From: Ostrea edulis | Taxonomy: Eukaryota | DNA: 64,000 nt | Direction: 5' to 3' | Assembly: GCF_947568905.1 (NCBI RefSeq) | Contig: NC_079165.1 | Span: forward strand, 102,486,001 to 102,550,000 | Shown here: in pieces, positions 26,186 to 40,564 of the stretch | Numbering within the stretch: the stretch's first letter is position 1 | How the letters are laid out: every line of letters starts with the position of its first letter | Program-made: the position numbers and the translations under genes | Notes under the pieces: generated by a model | Told to the model about the DNA's origin: nothing | The model's input: only the letters and a program-made list of their open reading frames with translations | Database searches by the model: none

Positions 26186-27171
26186 ATAACGCCTTATATA
26201 AAACAAATTACTCTAAGGCGCTTTACAAGGGTAAGAAGAGGAATGCAACGATAAAACACAATTAATAAAAGAATTGGCTTTATGACCATGTCCTGACCTA
26301 GGGTATGTTAAATTTACCTACAGAAGCCATTGTGCTAAAATAAACTTAATATACAGCACAACCAGCCGCAAGACATCTGACCTACTGCCCGAATTGAATA
26401 GTGACCTTAACCTAATATCTGAATAGACCAGTAGGTGTGTCGAAGCTTAACTGGCTGCCCTGTAATCCCTCATAGGCTGCTTATAAGCTGCAATGACAAG
26501 AGTGATACAAGTTTAATATTTATTAATTGGATCAGAAACAGGATGCAAATTTACATATATGGTGGAAAGGGTCGCATGCAAACTTTTTATGGGGAACTGG
26601 GGAGGCGGCCAGTGTGCCAGTTTGACTACCAAAGTAGGGGCAACACAGGGGGCCCTATGTGGACATAGGTGCCCGAACCTGAACGAGTCCCCACGTTCTA
26701 AGGGAGGTAGAGATATCTGCGCATCTCACCGGTCTCCTGAGTGCTACCTGGTTTAATTAACAAGTGCGGAGCAAGCTTGTAGACCCTCCTACAGTTGTCG
26801 CAACATGCACCAGCCTGTAGCATCCCCTCCCTTAGTAGGAGGTGGATGTGGCCCCAGCTATGAACTAGCTGAGAGCCCCACGAATTAAACTTTAGCAACT
26901 TATGCAAGAAATTAGTATTTTCTATGAATATCCACTGACCCTTGACCTAGTCTAATGGTCGTCTGGAGGGTACACGTGAAATACCTGCCCCCTGCTTTAG
27001 TAGTAGGTGGGAGGAGAGCCGGTTTTGGCGCAGAATTAGTGATCAATTACCCCTACGCACTCCCCAGTCCGCCACAGACATGGAACAATGTCCCCCACAA
27101 AAATTTATATTTGTATGTATGTTTTTCCTTTTTTATTTATGCATACTTGAAATTGGAGGCACTTAAACAGT

Positions 27172-27810
27172 GGGGTGGGCGACGTGCACCCTCGTCGTCG
27201 CCCAGGGCCCGCAGGCGCGAGGGGAGAGCATCTATCTCTATGCTCCCCTCTCCGAACTCCCTGTGCACTCTCAAGCAATGGTTACTAAGACCAAGTTATC
27301 ACCAATTGACACATTTCGGTAATCGCTCTCAACTTGAAGATTACCTGCATTTCCTGTAATTTTCGTGGGAATATTTAAGACTTACAGGATTTCCGACCAG
27401 TAATTAGATTGAATTCTGAAGTTGATCATTGCAAAAAGTGTAACCTCGAAGGTAATAAATTAACAAGGTCATCTCAATTCTTCGGGGTGGGCGACATGCA
27501 CTCTCGTCCGTCACCCAGGCCCTCTGGAGGCACAATGGGAGAGCGTTTTTCTCTATGCTATCCCCTTCGAACCCCCTTGCGTACTCTCAGCAATGGTGAC
27601 TTAACCAAGAGGTCACTGGTATCACCAAATTGACACATTTTGATAGAGATTATGAAGTTGTTAATTATTTGAATTTCCTGGATTTTTCAAGGGAATAGCT
27701 AAAACTTCAGGATTCCTGACCAAAATTAGACTGAATTCTGAAATGACCATTTCAAAATGTGTAATCTCAAAGGTGACGTAAGATTAACAACAAAGTGGTC
27801 GCAGTTCAGG
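27172..27810. repeat. Diverged tandem duplication with ~312-bp period and GC-rich hairpins
   Basis: Copies start with GGGGTGGGCGAC at 27172 and 27484 and stay alignable over the whole unit. Confidence 0.8.
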
Positions 27811-29744
27811 AGGACTATAAGACTTGTCAGCTCTGAATAACTCCTATGATGGAAAGCAAAAATTGGACAAAATTTCCTAACACCAATTTAGTAAACCATC
27901 CCCCAGTCCTACTGGAGGAAAATTACGTCCCTTAACTGAAACTGGTATACCTCTAAAGGATTCCGATTGATTCTGAAGAGTTTCAGCAGAAAATTCTAGA
28001 ATAATTTTGAAGTCTGAATTCCGTCAAAAAAGATCTAACTACAAGTCCCAAAACTTCCATAAAAAACTAAGGTAATGATAGCAGAATGGCACATTGCTAA
28101 ATACCATTTTCGACGATTCCTAAGATAAAACAATAAACTGTAATGGATCAAACTTTTTCGACCGGAAATTCCTCATAAATTCGTCAAACTAATCCAAACG
28201 TTCCAGAGCCAGTGAGAATTAACCCAAACTCAGCTAAGAATTAAAATTAAGACCGATTACTCTAGCCAAAATACGAAAATTACCCAGCCCATTAACACCC
28301 CTAAGCCTCTACCCTCAAAGCCACACCTCCTCGGAAAAAGTTGGATAACAAAACATGACACTTCCTGACGTGGTTTCTCGACTGCTGGAACCATACAAAC
28401 TCTAATAAATGCCTATTGAATGAATTATGGAAAGAAAAATTCAACGCCGAATACATCTGAGACAAAACCAGTCAATTATTTACATGAAAATGGAATGGAG
28501 TGGGATTGACTTAAAGTTAACTAAACAATAACTTTTGGTTAGGCTTGACATTGAGAATAAACAACAACGAACCGATCAACAATCTGCAAGTCCGAACTGA
28601 AATTGAGATTGTGGATAATTATCGGAAACAAAAACTGCAATTAAATGCAACTAATGATATGGAACTAGGGTCTCTGTGCTATGGAAAGTGCTAAATATCC
28701 AAAGAACGACAAGGTGAGAATATACTTCAACTCGTACGCTGTGATGCTGGTTCTAGCACAAACCTGAAAAGTGTGTACGAAATAGCATATAGCGCTCCAC
28801 GTCACGTACGTTGTCGGAATCAGTAAACTATATAAAATAAAAAGAGGCAAATTGCTGAAATAGCAAGAATACCACGTAATTGCATAGGGATGTTAATAAT
28901 AGATAAGTACTATGAAGTTAATAACTCTGCATAAATTGACCGGTGAGGTCCTTGGTACCTAAAATTGTGATCGTGCGTAGTAAAAACCCGTGAACCCCTG
29001 TGGCCGTGAATAGCAATGCCTACCCTGAAACTTGGGCCCAATAATGCCTACCAAGTAAACCTAGCGAGATAATGTAGTGGTTGGCCACATTACAAATTGA
29101 ACCTTGTGGTAGGTTGAGGTCCGAGCCCCTGGTCTATGCAGTGCCGACATGGCACAATCAGGTATACCTGAACGTTATCCAGGTTCACCTGTGTATGACA
29201 TGTAAATGAATAAATACAAGTAACGCGACATAATGAACTGATTACAGAATGGGACGAATTAAGAGTAAGCAAGCCTTGGAATTGTAACATGATCTGACTA
29301 TCTGGTGCCCTTTGCTTGACCGACTTGCTAGCCATGCCTATGAAAGGTCATGAAACCTACGTTAACCAAGTACCTTGAATCATAAATTATGGCATTTTGG
29401 CCAAATAGATACAATCAAAATTGTTCTATAGGTTTGCCATTGGGATACATAATAATAGAGCACCGGCAATGCTAGGTATATTAGGTGGTGTAGGACATGA
29501 CCAGGATATGAATTTACATATGGCGGCTGCCAGAAGATACATACAGAAACTAAGTCTGAGCATGGTATCGCCCTATGGGCTAGGTTGTGCGAGTGCTTAC
29601 GACAGCCGGTAGAATTTGAACTAAGTGAATATTAAGGAATATCAAATAAATGCAGCGACTCACCATGTTGACACTGAGAAGGGATGGTAGCCTTCATCAG
29701 GGATTAGACGACTATCGCCGGCTGATTAGGTACCTCCTGCCTTC

Positions 29745-30290
29745 AGGGGAGGGGGAGGACCAGCGTTGTCGTGCTTCACTGCCTGGCTGGTATGCCGTCC
29801 TTGTCTCGAGCTCCAGTCCCGTGGAGATCCCGGTTAGAAAGGTCCGTATAGGGTGGCACGATAAAAATCGCTCCCCGCAAAGCGGCCGAGCACAGGCCAA
29901 AATTTGGACACCCATCGCCGACAGTGGTGACGATTCTATTCAGGTTGACCTTAAGAGGTGAGTAGCGTTCGCCCGGGATTAAACCTCCATCACCGGCTGA
30001 ATGGGTACCTCCTGCATTTAAAAGAGGGGGGGGGGGTGACCATAATGTTGCCGTGCTTCACTGCCTTGCCCTCCTAGTCTCGGACTCAAGTCCCGTGGGG
30101 ATCCAGGTTAGAAAGGTCCACAGCACCCATCGCAGTTGTAACTGGCCGTCAAATTAAACCACGGGTCCGAGTCACAGGTGGCACGATGAAAATCGCTGAG
30201 GCTGAGGCTCCCCGCTAAGCGGCCGAGAAAACGCCTAACTCAGGCCAAAGTTTAGCAACCCATCGCCGACAGTGGTGACGATTCCATTGT
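29745..30290 (+). mobile_element. Two degenerate Meta-domain SINE-like copies
   Basis: GGTTAGAAAGGTCC...GGTGGCACGAT(A/G)AAAATC...GGCCGAG...AGGCCAAA...GGTGACGATT parallels the body of SINE family A. Confidence 0.55.
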
Positions 30291-31210
30291 TGGAAGAGAT
30301 GTTTTATTGTATTGCTTATAGGAATTAGATAGGTCACAGTTCGTTATCTTCACCATGGACAAAACAAATCAAAAACCAATCGATCGGTATTGCTTCTATC
30401 TGTCCCTTTTTTTTTGTCTTCATCCTGTTGCTGCACTGGTAAAGGATTGTTTGGCTGCGTATGCGATTGCACGATGTTAATAAATTAGCTCGATGGCAAT
30501 GGATTGTCATTAAGAAAAACATTTTTCACAATGTTTGAATCTAAGGTTTCTGCAGAATGAAAAGTAAACTCGTTCCCCGACAGGCGGAATTGTAAGGGGC
30601 AAGATAGTTCGAACCAGGTTTATTTCGTAAACGGTACGAACTGTATTAGCCAATCTTAATTAATTGTGGACTATTTGATATGTATCAAATAATCTTAATT
30701 AAATGAAATTCATCGACAGTATGACATAAGATCTTATATCTGTAAAATTATCAAAATAAAACACTATAATTAAGAACGATAGCTAAAAGTTGTTTTTTTT
30801 TTAAATCAATTATATCATCAATTATTTGAGTTTATGTTAATTTGGCGCTCCATATTGTTGAAGTTGTATTGTCGAATACCAGCACACGCATTGTGATCGA
30901 TAACTTATTTGTTATGCATCACATCAATTTCAGAATGTTAGTTTTATAATTTGATAATTTTCTCGTCAAGTTTAGAAACTGAAGCAGTATTGACACTGAT
31001 ATGAATGCCTGCAATATAACAACATTCGCATGTTTTTTGAAATGCTCACCTAAAGGAATCGATCATTGCCAGTGAAATGTTTTAAACATCATGAATATTT
31101 GTTCTGGTCTTTAATTTTAAATCAGGGTAAGAATGAAATTATGTTAATTCATTGATACTGAATAGATAAAACTTTTCTGGCTACCAGTGCTTATCAAATG
31201 ATACCTGCCG

Positions 31211-31225
31211 TTTATAGCTCACCTT

Positions 31226-31261
<36 letters not shown>

Positions 31262-31312
31262 TGTCCGTTGTCTGTCCGTCTGTAAACTTTTTATATTTTC
31301 GACTTCTTCTCG

Positions 31313-31345
<33 letters not shown>

Positions 31346-32477
31346 CAAAAGCATCCTTGGGTGAAGGACTTTTAAGTTTGTCCAAATGAAGGGCCATGTC
31401 CCTTTCAAAGGGGAGATAATCACAAAAATGCAAAATAGAGTGGGGTCATTTAAAAATATTATTCTCAAGAACCACTGGACCAGAAAAGCTGCGATTTACA
31501 TGAAAGCTTCCTGATATAGTGCAGATTCAGGTTTGTTAAAATCATGGTCTCCGGGGGTTGGATGGTGCCACAATAGGGGATCAAATTTTACATTCAAATA
31601 TATAGGAAAAATCTTTTAAAATCTTCTTCTCAAGAACCACTGAGCCAGAAAAGCTTATATTTACATGAAAGCTTTCTAGCATAGTGCAGATTTAAGTTTG
31701 TTCAACTCATGGCCCCCGGGGGTATTATAGGACCACAATAGGGGATAAAAGTCTTACATACAAATATATAGGGAAATCTTCTCAAGAACCACTGAGCCAG
31801 AAAATCTAATACACTGTATTTACATGAAAGCTTCCTGACATAGTGCAGATTCAAGTTTGTTCAAATCATGGCCCCGGGTGTAGGATGGGGCAACAAGGGG
31901 GATAAAAAATTTATATACAAATATAGGAAAATCTTCTCAAAAACCAATGAGCCAGAAGAGCTGAGGTTTACATGAAAGCTTTCTGACACAGTGCTGATTC
32001 AAGTTTGTTCAAATCATGGCCCTCGGTGTTAGGTTAAAGCCACAATAGGGGATCAAAGTTTTACATAGATATATATAGAAAAAATCTTTAAAAATATTCT
32101 TCTGATGAACCAATGAGTTAGAAGAGCTGAGATTTACATGAAAGCTTCCTGACATAGTGCAGATACAAGTTTGTTCAAAGTATGGGCCCCGGGGGTAGGT
32201 TGGGTCACAATAGGGGATGAAAAGTTTTACATAGAAATATATAGGAAAAATGTTTAAAAATCTTATTCTCAAGAACCATTGGGCCAAAGAAGTTGACATT
32301 TACGTGAAAGCTTTCTGACATAGTACAGATTCAAGTTTGTAAAAATCATAGCCTCCAGGGGTAGGTCGGGGCCACAATAGGGACCAAGGTTTTACATGCA
32401 AATATATATGGAGGGTCTTCAGATATGGGCCAAGGTGACTCAGGTGAGGGATGTGGCGCGTGGGCCTCTTGTTGTTT
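31211..32477 (+). mobile_element. pearl/CvA-like non-autonomous Helentron-type element (HINE) with internal satellite array
   Basis: 5' TAGCTCACCTTAGCTGAAAGCTCAAGTGAGC, (GTCC/GTCT)n microsatellite, about 7 units of 152-166 bp (several carrying AAGCTT), 3' subterminal inverted repeat CTCAGGTGAG and terminal hairpin. Confidence 0.85.
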
Positions 32478-32669
32478 ACACTAGAATGGAAGAACATTCA
32501 ATTGTAATTGGAGCGTTTCATCGAGGATCGTATCATTTCACGGAAAGTTCGCGTTTAGAAATAACCCAAAATGCCCGAGCATTAAAAGCAAAATCACTTT
32601 TGAGATACAAAACACAAAATTCTACTAGCATCCTTAGAAGTAAAAGATAAACATTAACATATATATTTC

Positions 32670-33225
32670 AATGAAAGTAGACATAACGGCAAACTAACAA
32701 CTCAAATTTATGACAAACGGGATGATTTCAGCTTCTCCATCGTCAACTTCCCATATTTATATGTTATGTAGCAATATTCCTTTATCACCTGCATATGGTG
32801 TTGATATCTCTCAACTGATTCAATACACAAGAGCTTGTTCTGCGTATGGTCAGTTTTTAAATCGAGGCAGGCTACTGACAAACAAGTTTCGCAAATTATA
32901 TGGTCGCTATAACGATCTAGTTTGCTAATACAACCTATCATAGGGTCAAATGCTGTCTGACGTGTTTCATACCGATTGTTAGACTGTTCGTGACACACTG
33001 ATTTTGATTACAGATAACTCCGTTTACCTGATCAAGATATAGGGTTTACGGCGAGTGTTGACCGGTCGAGAGGGGACGCTTACTCCTCCTATGCACCTGA
33101 TCACACCTCTGGTGTTTCCAGGGGTCCGTGTTTGTATGATCCCACCTCTGGTGTGTCCAGGGGTCCGTGTTTTCCAAACTATCTATTTTGCATTGCTTAT
33201 GGGATTTATGAGAATGTATCAGATT
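32670..33225 (+). mobile_element. Naiad-type PLE 3' fragment directly upstream of G4
   Basis: SNIPLSPAYGVDISQLIQYTRAC coding remnant plus 3' UTR with a small internal duplication. Confidence 0.85.
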
Positions 33226-33394
33226 CATATTCCTTTCATACATGTATTAATCTCCAGATAAATTCGTTTAATTTCAGAAACGCCCCTTTTAAAAACAAAA
33301 CAACAAATCATCTGTGCATCACATCAAAACTTCCGTGCATATCATAGTTTCATTCATATTTGTTTTATTTCCCCCTTTTAATTGCAATCCAAAT

Positions 33395-35024
33395 ATGCAG
33401 CCTGGAGTCTGTTCAAAGTAAGATAATGATACAATATTACTGTAATAGAAGTATTCTAAATTGTAATTTTCTTGTCTTCTATGATATTTTCAGCAGTGAA
33501 GTGAAGGATGAAAGCATATCCCGTTGCTGTTTAGGTTTCCAGTTCATCAATGGCGCTTGTCAGCGTAAGTCCCTGAGCAGTGTTTTATTTGAAATATCTT
33601 AAAATGGTTTTTTTTTAATACACCTTGCAGACTATACTGGTGAAATATAGAAAGGATCAATGAAAGCCGTGATTATGTGACACATTTTAAATAAAGCTTT
33701 TGTGAATTTTAATTGAAATACTATTTAAAATTTATACATTTATAAACGTTCCTAAACTAATCCAGATTTTGTTTTACTTTAGACGAATCGTGTAGGGGCA
33801 AACATTGGTTTCTTTAAATGAGGAAATTGTGTTTCCCTGATTAAAGTGCATATCATAGACGTGTTATGAGAAAACATGTGTAATTCCCAATATCAATTAT
33901 CCAACTGGATATATAACCGATTTTGTTTTACCTTTGTCATTAGTAAAAAACATTTCTGTTTACGACAATTCTATTAGTAATTATTATGAACATCATTCTA
34001 AAGATTGTCCAGATGGCCAGTATGGACAGGGCTGTACGGAACCTTGCCCTAAAGGGCGGTTTGGGGCACAGTGTGCAGGGGAATGTGAATGTTTACCGGA
34101 AGACTGCGATACATACCTAGGATGTCCAAAGCACACACCGTCAATATCCGGTATATCGTCAATTACTGAAGAAATAATTAAACGATCGCACGTTTTAAGT
34201 ATAGTTCATTTTATAATCACTTTATCAAGTGTTACTTACTCAAAACATACACTGGTTGAATTAATATGCAGAAAATCATTCGTCATATTGCAGAGGCTGT
34301 GCACGACAGCATAACAGGAGTGACGTATTCAGGCACATCATCGTTCTCAGCGCCAAGATGGCCACCAACGCTTCATTCTTCGACTCGACCGTCAATCTCA
34401 ACATCCTCTTCACTGGTGATATCCACAGGAACCCTAACCTCGGGAACTACCCAGTATTTGTCAAAACATTGGTCTACTTCACAGTTTGGCTTACCCAACC
34501 AGGAGACAAATTCCAAAAGCAACATTTTGATAGTATTAGGAATGGGGGCTGGAATGGTGCTCATGGTGATCGTAATTCTTGTGTTATTAGCACAAAGATT
34601 TATGAGGAAGACATTGAGACATTACAATAAAACAAATGATGTAGAGATTACGAATGAAAATGGGCAAGGCGTGCCTGGTGTATATCAAGACATCAATTAT
34701 GACTTGATGGAAGAATCAAGGAATGGCAGACAGTTGGAAAAAGATAACAAACGATATGAACCCGTCGACAAGGAAATCACTGCTTCAGAACGCGAGGGGC
34801 TCCAAATACGCGATGGTAATGACCTAAGCCAGTGTAGGTCAACTTATCTCAACGTTCAAACAACCAACGCTTCTTCGCCTCATTATTCAGTAGGATATTT
34901 GGAGCCCATACAAATGACTAAACAAAGAAACAACTCCTATGTAGAAATGATAGAATCTTCGGTCCAAATAAACAGCAACGTATCTGCAAAAGTATACGAG
35001 AACAGTGTTCCCATGAAAGTGTAG
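33395..35024 (+). CDS. G4: receptor paralog, spliced model 323 aa
   Basis: Exons 33395-33417 (MQPGVCS, GTAAGA), 33494-33564 (SEVKDESISRCCLGFQFINGACQ, NAGNAG acceptor, GTAAGT), 34004-34150 (CPDGQYGQGC...CDTYLGCP) and 34294-35024 (stalk, TM ILIVLGMGAGMVLMVIVILVLLA, tail). Total 972 nt in frame. Confidence 0.82.
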
Positions 35025-36589
35025 TGTTTCTTTACTACGATATAACTATAAGAGATGGAAGAAACAAGGGCGTTGAAAGCTCCGAAACTAAGTTGCCCCT
35101 TTCCAATGAAACACAATGTATATATTTTATTGTAATGTCTGTTCAACCAATAAACTTCAACTGTATATATCAAGCAAGGAGAAATGAATTTTTTATATAT
35201 TGTCTTAAAATGCTCAAATGACACACAAGACAATGTAGTTTTTATTGGTCCGACCTCTCTTACCAAAATATAAGCCCTATGACACACAATTGCAGCAACT
35301 ATTGCGGCACATTTGCAGCAAGTATATTTTTCTATCCTTTACTCTGTGGAACTTTGTAGTATAGTTGCCACAGCGTTCTGATGCATTTTCTGCACACAGT
35401 AGTAACCTTTTATATTAATTTTCGTCACGTTTCCGGCAATTGCTGTACATAGTCTGCTGTAAAGCGATTGTACATAAATTACAGTTATAAAGAAGTAATT
35501 AGTTTAATTCATAATCATGTACTTTCATGAACAGTGACATTGCAAGTCATCTTTAACATTTCAGATATTACAAGTCAAAACAAAACAAATATTATATAAA
35601 TATATAACAATGAAAAGGGTAAAGATAACGAGTGATGAGCTATATAAAAACTCCCATAAAGAATACGGAATCAAAAGCATGCCATAGAAACACCAGAGGT
35701 AGGATCCGGTTCTGAGAAAAAGTAAGTATCTATTTTGATAATGAAAAAAAGAAAGGTCAGACGCGACCGTAAGAACAGGACTAGAGAAGAAAATTTACCG
35801 TTTGGTCACAAACTTGCTGCACAAAATATCTTTTGCATTATTCAATATTACACTTCTCCTCACTATCGTCCCTCGCTTGCCATGATACAGTGTAGTATGT
35901 TGTATTTCAAAGGAAACCTATAAAAAGTTCCCCTAACATTCTAAAGCAAAAAATATCAGAAAGGGTTTTTCTTATCAAACAACCATACTTTATTTCTTCG
36001 TTATCTCTGTTTAGAAGGAGACAGGGTTCTTAATGTGAAAAAAAGAAGAAAAAAGACAGGAATCACCAGTGATTACAATGTTGAAAAATAGCACATTTTT
36101 GACAACACAGAGAAGGGCGAATTAGCATGCGAAAACCTAGCAAGTGCTATACTCCAACTAGGCACCTGACGCTACCTCTGGTATATTGAGGGTTGTGCGT
36201 TTGCCCTACTCTTAAATTTGTATTCTGTATAAGAGTTATGAGATTGATCACTTTATGTTATCTTCACCTTTCCATATTGATGATACTAGTAGTTGAATTG
36301 TGTATACAATTATGACAAAACCATATGTATGTTCCATAGTCTTTGTATGTATCGAGGGAAATTTGGTTTGTATAAAATTTTAATTTGATAACTTCAGAGA
36401 CATGCATAATCATCTACAAAGTGTACACTTCCATATTAATTTTGTCATAAATGACATAATTCACGTGCATTTCAGTACCATGATCTTAATGGGTTTCAAT
36501 TGGATGTTACTCATGTTCCTATTCAGTACGCAGAACAAACTGTATAGTAGAGAAAAAGGGACACTGATTTTATTACCAACTATATTGTG

Positions 36590-36900
36590 ATAACCTCGAC
36601 TGTGAGTGCGTGGGGGTCATCGACAACTCTCGGACAAACACAAAAAATGTACTTTTATAAAAAGTTACGACCTGACCCATCAAAAGGTTCTCTGCCAATG
36701 TAACCGCAAGAAAATGTACAACAACGTGAGATAGGTGAACACGTGAATTCCTTTATCCTAACGACTGTAGACCAGGACAATTTTTATTAACTTCGAAAAT
36801 CCACAAAGAAGACATGCCAGGCCGTCCAAAAGTCAGAACCATCGGACACCCCACGGAGAAAATATCTAAATTTATAGATTTACAAAAACGAGATATACGT
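36590..36900 (+). mobile_element. Canonical Penelope/Poseidon-like RT N-terminal fragment
   Basis: Frameshifted ...CRPGQF...[11 protein letters not shown]...[12 protein letters not shown], typical of PLE RT motifs 1-2. Confidence 0.65.
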
Positions 36901-37717
36901 TATCTACAATGTATCAATATACTTCTCTTAACAAATTCACCAATACGTGTGCCATCTTCTATACATGTCTACAGAAATCGTCATCTCTGTAGTTTATACT
37001 GAGCAGAATTAGCCTTATCTTTATATCGTCGTCTTTGTGTCAGCTTTCTACTACACACCTGATCCCACCCCTGCTTTGTCTAGGGGTATGTGTTTGTCCT
37101 TCTCTTAATTTTGCATTATCTGATGGACTTATGAGACTGATCACTGTTTGTTACCAATAATAACCTGCATAAAGCAATGAAGGAATTGAACATTCAAGAA
37201 ATACAAATGAGATACCGGAAGTTCAGTCCACAGGCACTTATGTATATATCCACTAACGAAATGCTTTTTATACATGTAGGTAAACAAGTAAGAAATGTTT
37301 TTCACATTTATGCTTAGAATTGGAGACAAGCAGACATCCGTTTGAACTAGAAATAAGCAGGATTATTATTTTTGCAAAAGGTGAACCAGCATTATTAATA
37401 GCCCTTATGCAGGTCAATTATCTTCTGTGAGCAAACGAAGTATAAAGCATAGGCCAATTTTCACTATATACGAAATAATTAATTGTAAACCCTGTAAAGA
37501 TAAAGTATTTTTGTACTACATGATTCTTAAGTGGACTTCAAGTGTAACTGCTTAAATTGTAAAGAACGCGAATTGATGTAATGAAAAAAAAATGACAATA
37601 GATTTGCTGAAGTTCTGCTACAGGGAATAGAATTCGGAAAACAGCAACTTCAACTTCAAACACATCCTTTGCAGCATTGTCAGCCAACTAGAAGTCGTTA
37701 TTAAAGTATTAAACGAA

Positions 37718-37872
37718 AGGCGAAGATAAAGAACAGTGATCAATCTCATGACTCCTATACGCAATACAAAATAGAGAGTTGGGCAAACACGGACTCCTGG
37801 ATATACCAGAGGTGGGATCAGGTGCCTAGGAGGAGTAAGCATCCTCTGTCGACCGGTCACACCCGCCATGAG
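37718..37872 (-). mobile_element. Naiad-type PLE 3' fragment
   Basis: Near-consensus shared 3' UTR. Confidence 0.8.
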
Positions 37873-38341
37873 CCCTAAATGTGACGTAATCTCGAAAAAA
37901 AATTATTTGATAATTTAAGCCACTGAATTGCATTTTTATCATGGTGGAAGAACAACAACCCTTACATAAAAATCTGTTAATGATAAATCCGATCCTGAAC
38001 ATCCTCATTCCAACATGTACCATCTACGTCAAACTGGCCTTTCGAAAATGCGGAAATATCGTCCTATATTCGAATTGTAATCTCAAAAGTCAAAACGTTA
38101 ACCTTTTTAATAATAACAACATTTCCTAGAAAGTCTTAATGCAAGGTGAAGATAACGAACAGTGATCAATCTCATTGTAAACAAATTGAAAGAATGCATC
38201 TATACTACAGTAAGTTAGATGGAAATAATTACAGTTTACATGAAAATAACTTCCTTTTATTATATTCATCACGTTTTATTTATAGACCCCCGCCATTATG
38301 GAATATGTTGCACGACTTTAACTTTCCTGTAACCAAACAAA

Positions 38342-40564
38342 ATGGATAATTCCGGAATTTGCGCCAGGTATTATAATAATTTTATTATACATTATACCCT
38401 TGTTAATCAATATTAGAGATGAAAATATAAGTATATGCCTTGTCCTCTCTAGATCCAAGGATGGCAGTATAAAATGCTGTGTAAACCATTATTTGAAAGA
38501 AAATTCCTGTGTAGGTGAGTTGAACATTGAGAAGGTCAGAAATAGAATCAATGATGAAAAGACAGGTTACAACCATTTTTGTCTCATCTCTTCAGAATGC
38601 CCGCTCGGATCTTTTGGTTGGGGTTGTAAAACTCTTTGCCCTGCTGGAAGTTACGGTTGGTTGTGCTCAAACCAATGCAATTGTCTGGATCATGTTTGTG
38701 ACTACGTCAAAGGTTGTACAACAAAGAACAGAACGGCTAGTACCATTCTGCCTGCTACGACATCGAGAATTCCCACAGGTTCCAGATCAGACATTCAAAG
38801 CACGTCAGGTGATAGTTCCACTGGTAAGTTTCTTCGCCAATATGCGATGTTGTCTTCAATTTAGAGATTTGACAAAGTAAACGAGGAATCCTTTTATTCC
38901 CTTACCACGTGATAGGTTTAGATAAATGATATAAACCATTCTGAGACAGAAAATAGTCAGCATCCCGATGGTCATAAGGTGATACGAATTTGGTAAACTA
39001 TTCATCTGACTATATTGTGTGCCCAGGGTCCTTGCTTGCCCTACTCCTAAATTTGTATTCTTTGTAAGCATCATGAGATTGCTCATTTGCAGAACCGAAT
39101 AAACAAACAGCATGTGTTAGGAATAAGTTTTTAAAGCATACACAAACTTTCTTTGACTCAATTATTAACAATGAAATGGACTAATACTGACAAAAGTTAT
39201 CATACATTGACCTGTCACATGAACTGAAGATGACGTACGGCAGTAAATACCGATGTCTGACTTTGATCAAAACATGACTCACAGCATTTGGTAACATGTA
39301 ATATGACATTATTGGAACAATTAACAATACACAAGACATTCTTAAGACAATAATGCATAAACATATTTCACAAAGCAGTTGGATCAGATATGATTGTGTA
39401 CATAATACTGATAAAGCATTTAAACACATTTGAAACGTTTCGAATCTCTTTAAAAGGTTTCCACATATCATTAACTATATACGATCAAAAGTCGACGCAG
39501 ATCTCTATTCTATATCACATTTCAAAATTTTAATACCAAAATTTAACAATGAATTATTAATATGCAATTGAACACACTTTTGGTTTTTTTAGGAAGATCC
39601 AATCAGCAAATATTTGTAGAGACAAAAAATACTAGACTAAGTATCACAATCAATAAACTCTCAGCGAACAGAAACATTTTTACCATTCTTTCTATAAACA
39701 CATCTTGTTGAAGGCTAGTATGGACTAGTATAGTCATCAGCAGTTAATCATCTTTGTCCATTTGTTGTCGTTCATTCTCCAGAAACGCTGTATACATTTT
39801 CTACAGGCTTTATCATGAAGATATGAGAAGGGTTATATAATATTTCATTTATATTGTTTTATTCAGGTTTGGGGTTGAAATCCACAATGCAACCAATATT
39901 TACATCACCAACATTATCAATATCGAATATTATACAGTCAACGTCGACAATCTTAATATCGACAATGACCAAAACAGCTGGGGTGAAACCTGATAAACCC
40001 GCGTCCGATTTTGCCATTTTTCTTGTTCCTATTGGGATTATCATTGTAATACTACTTATCGTGATTATCCTACTTATTGCTTGGAAACTCAATTTAGTTC
40101 AACGTCACAATCAGATTTTGACTTCAGAGGTAGCTACTTTAAAGAAGATACCTGCAACCGATATAGAATCAGCGAACTATGAGGAAATCAACACTGTATC
40201 AGATCGGATTGGAGTTAAGGAAAGCTATCGAAATTTTCACACGATATCTGAGCCAGATGTTTATCAGTTATCGCTCTCTAAGTACCAGGAAATTAATGCA
40301 GAGGAAGAGAAAATCACAGAACATTCAACAATGGAAAATGAAGCTGAGATAAACACCTCGGTCATGTATCTCTTACCCACGACAGCTACATCAAAACACA
40401 CCTATATTGACATTGTAGAATCCTCCCCCGAGATCAGCGAGACGTGGAAAAGAAATAGTGATGATAGTGAGACAGTTTCAGTAACAGAGAAATATGATGA
40501 TACCATCTGCTCTCCGTATTATGAGTGCATATCATCCGAAAACATGTACTTACACCCCATTTAA
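38342..40564 (+). CDS. G5: receptor paralog, spliced model 337 aa
   Basis: Exons 38342-38367 (MDNSGICA|R), 38453-38514 (SKDGSIKCCVNHYLKENSCV, GTGAGT), 38596-38823 (ECPLGSFGWGC...CDYVKGC plus Thr/Ser stalk, GTAAGT) and 39867-40564 (TM FAIFLVPIGIIIVILLIVIILLIAW, tail). Total 1014 nt in frame. Confidence 0.82.

Larger units (their letters stand above)
26271..30696. mobile_element. Unidentified ~4.4-kb insertion splitting an L2 3'-end copy
   Basis: The left flank 26185-26270 and right flank 30697-30790 are the two halves of the sequence seen uninterrupted at 12415-12575. Confidence 0.6.

Noticed and set aside
29745-30290. Novel ribozyme (twister/HDV-like) in two GC-rich repeats
   Set aside because: Could not satisfy either topology; the sequence parallels the SINE family A body, so a degenerate SINE is simpler.
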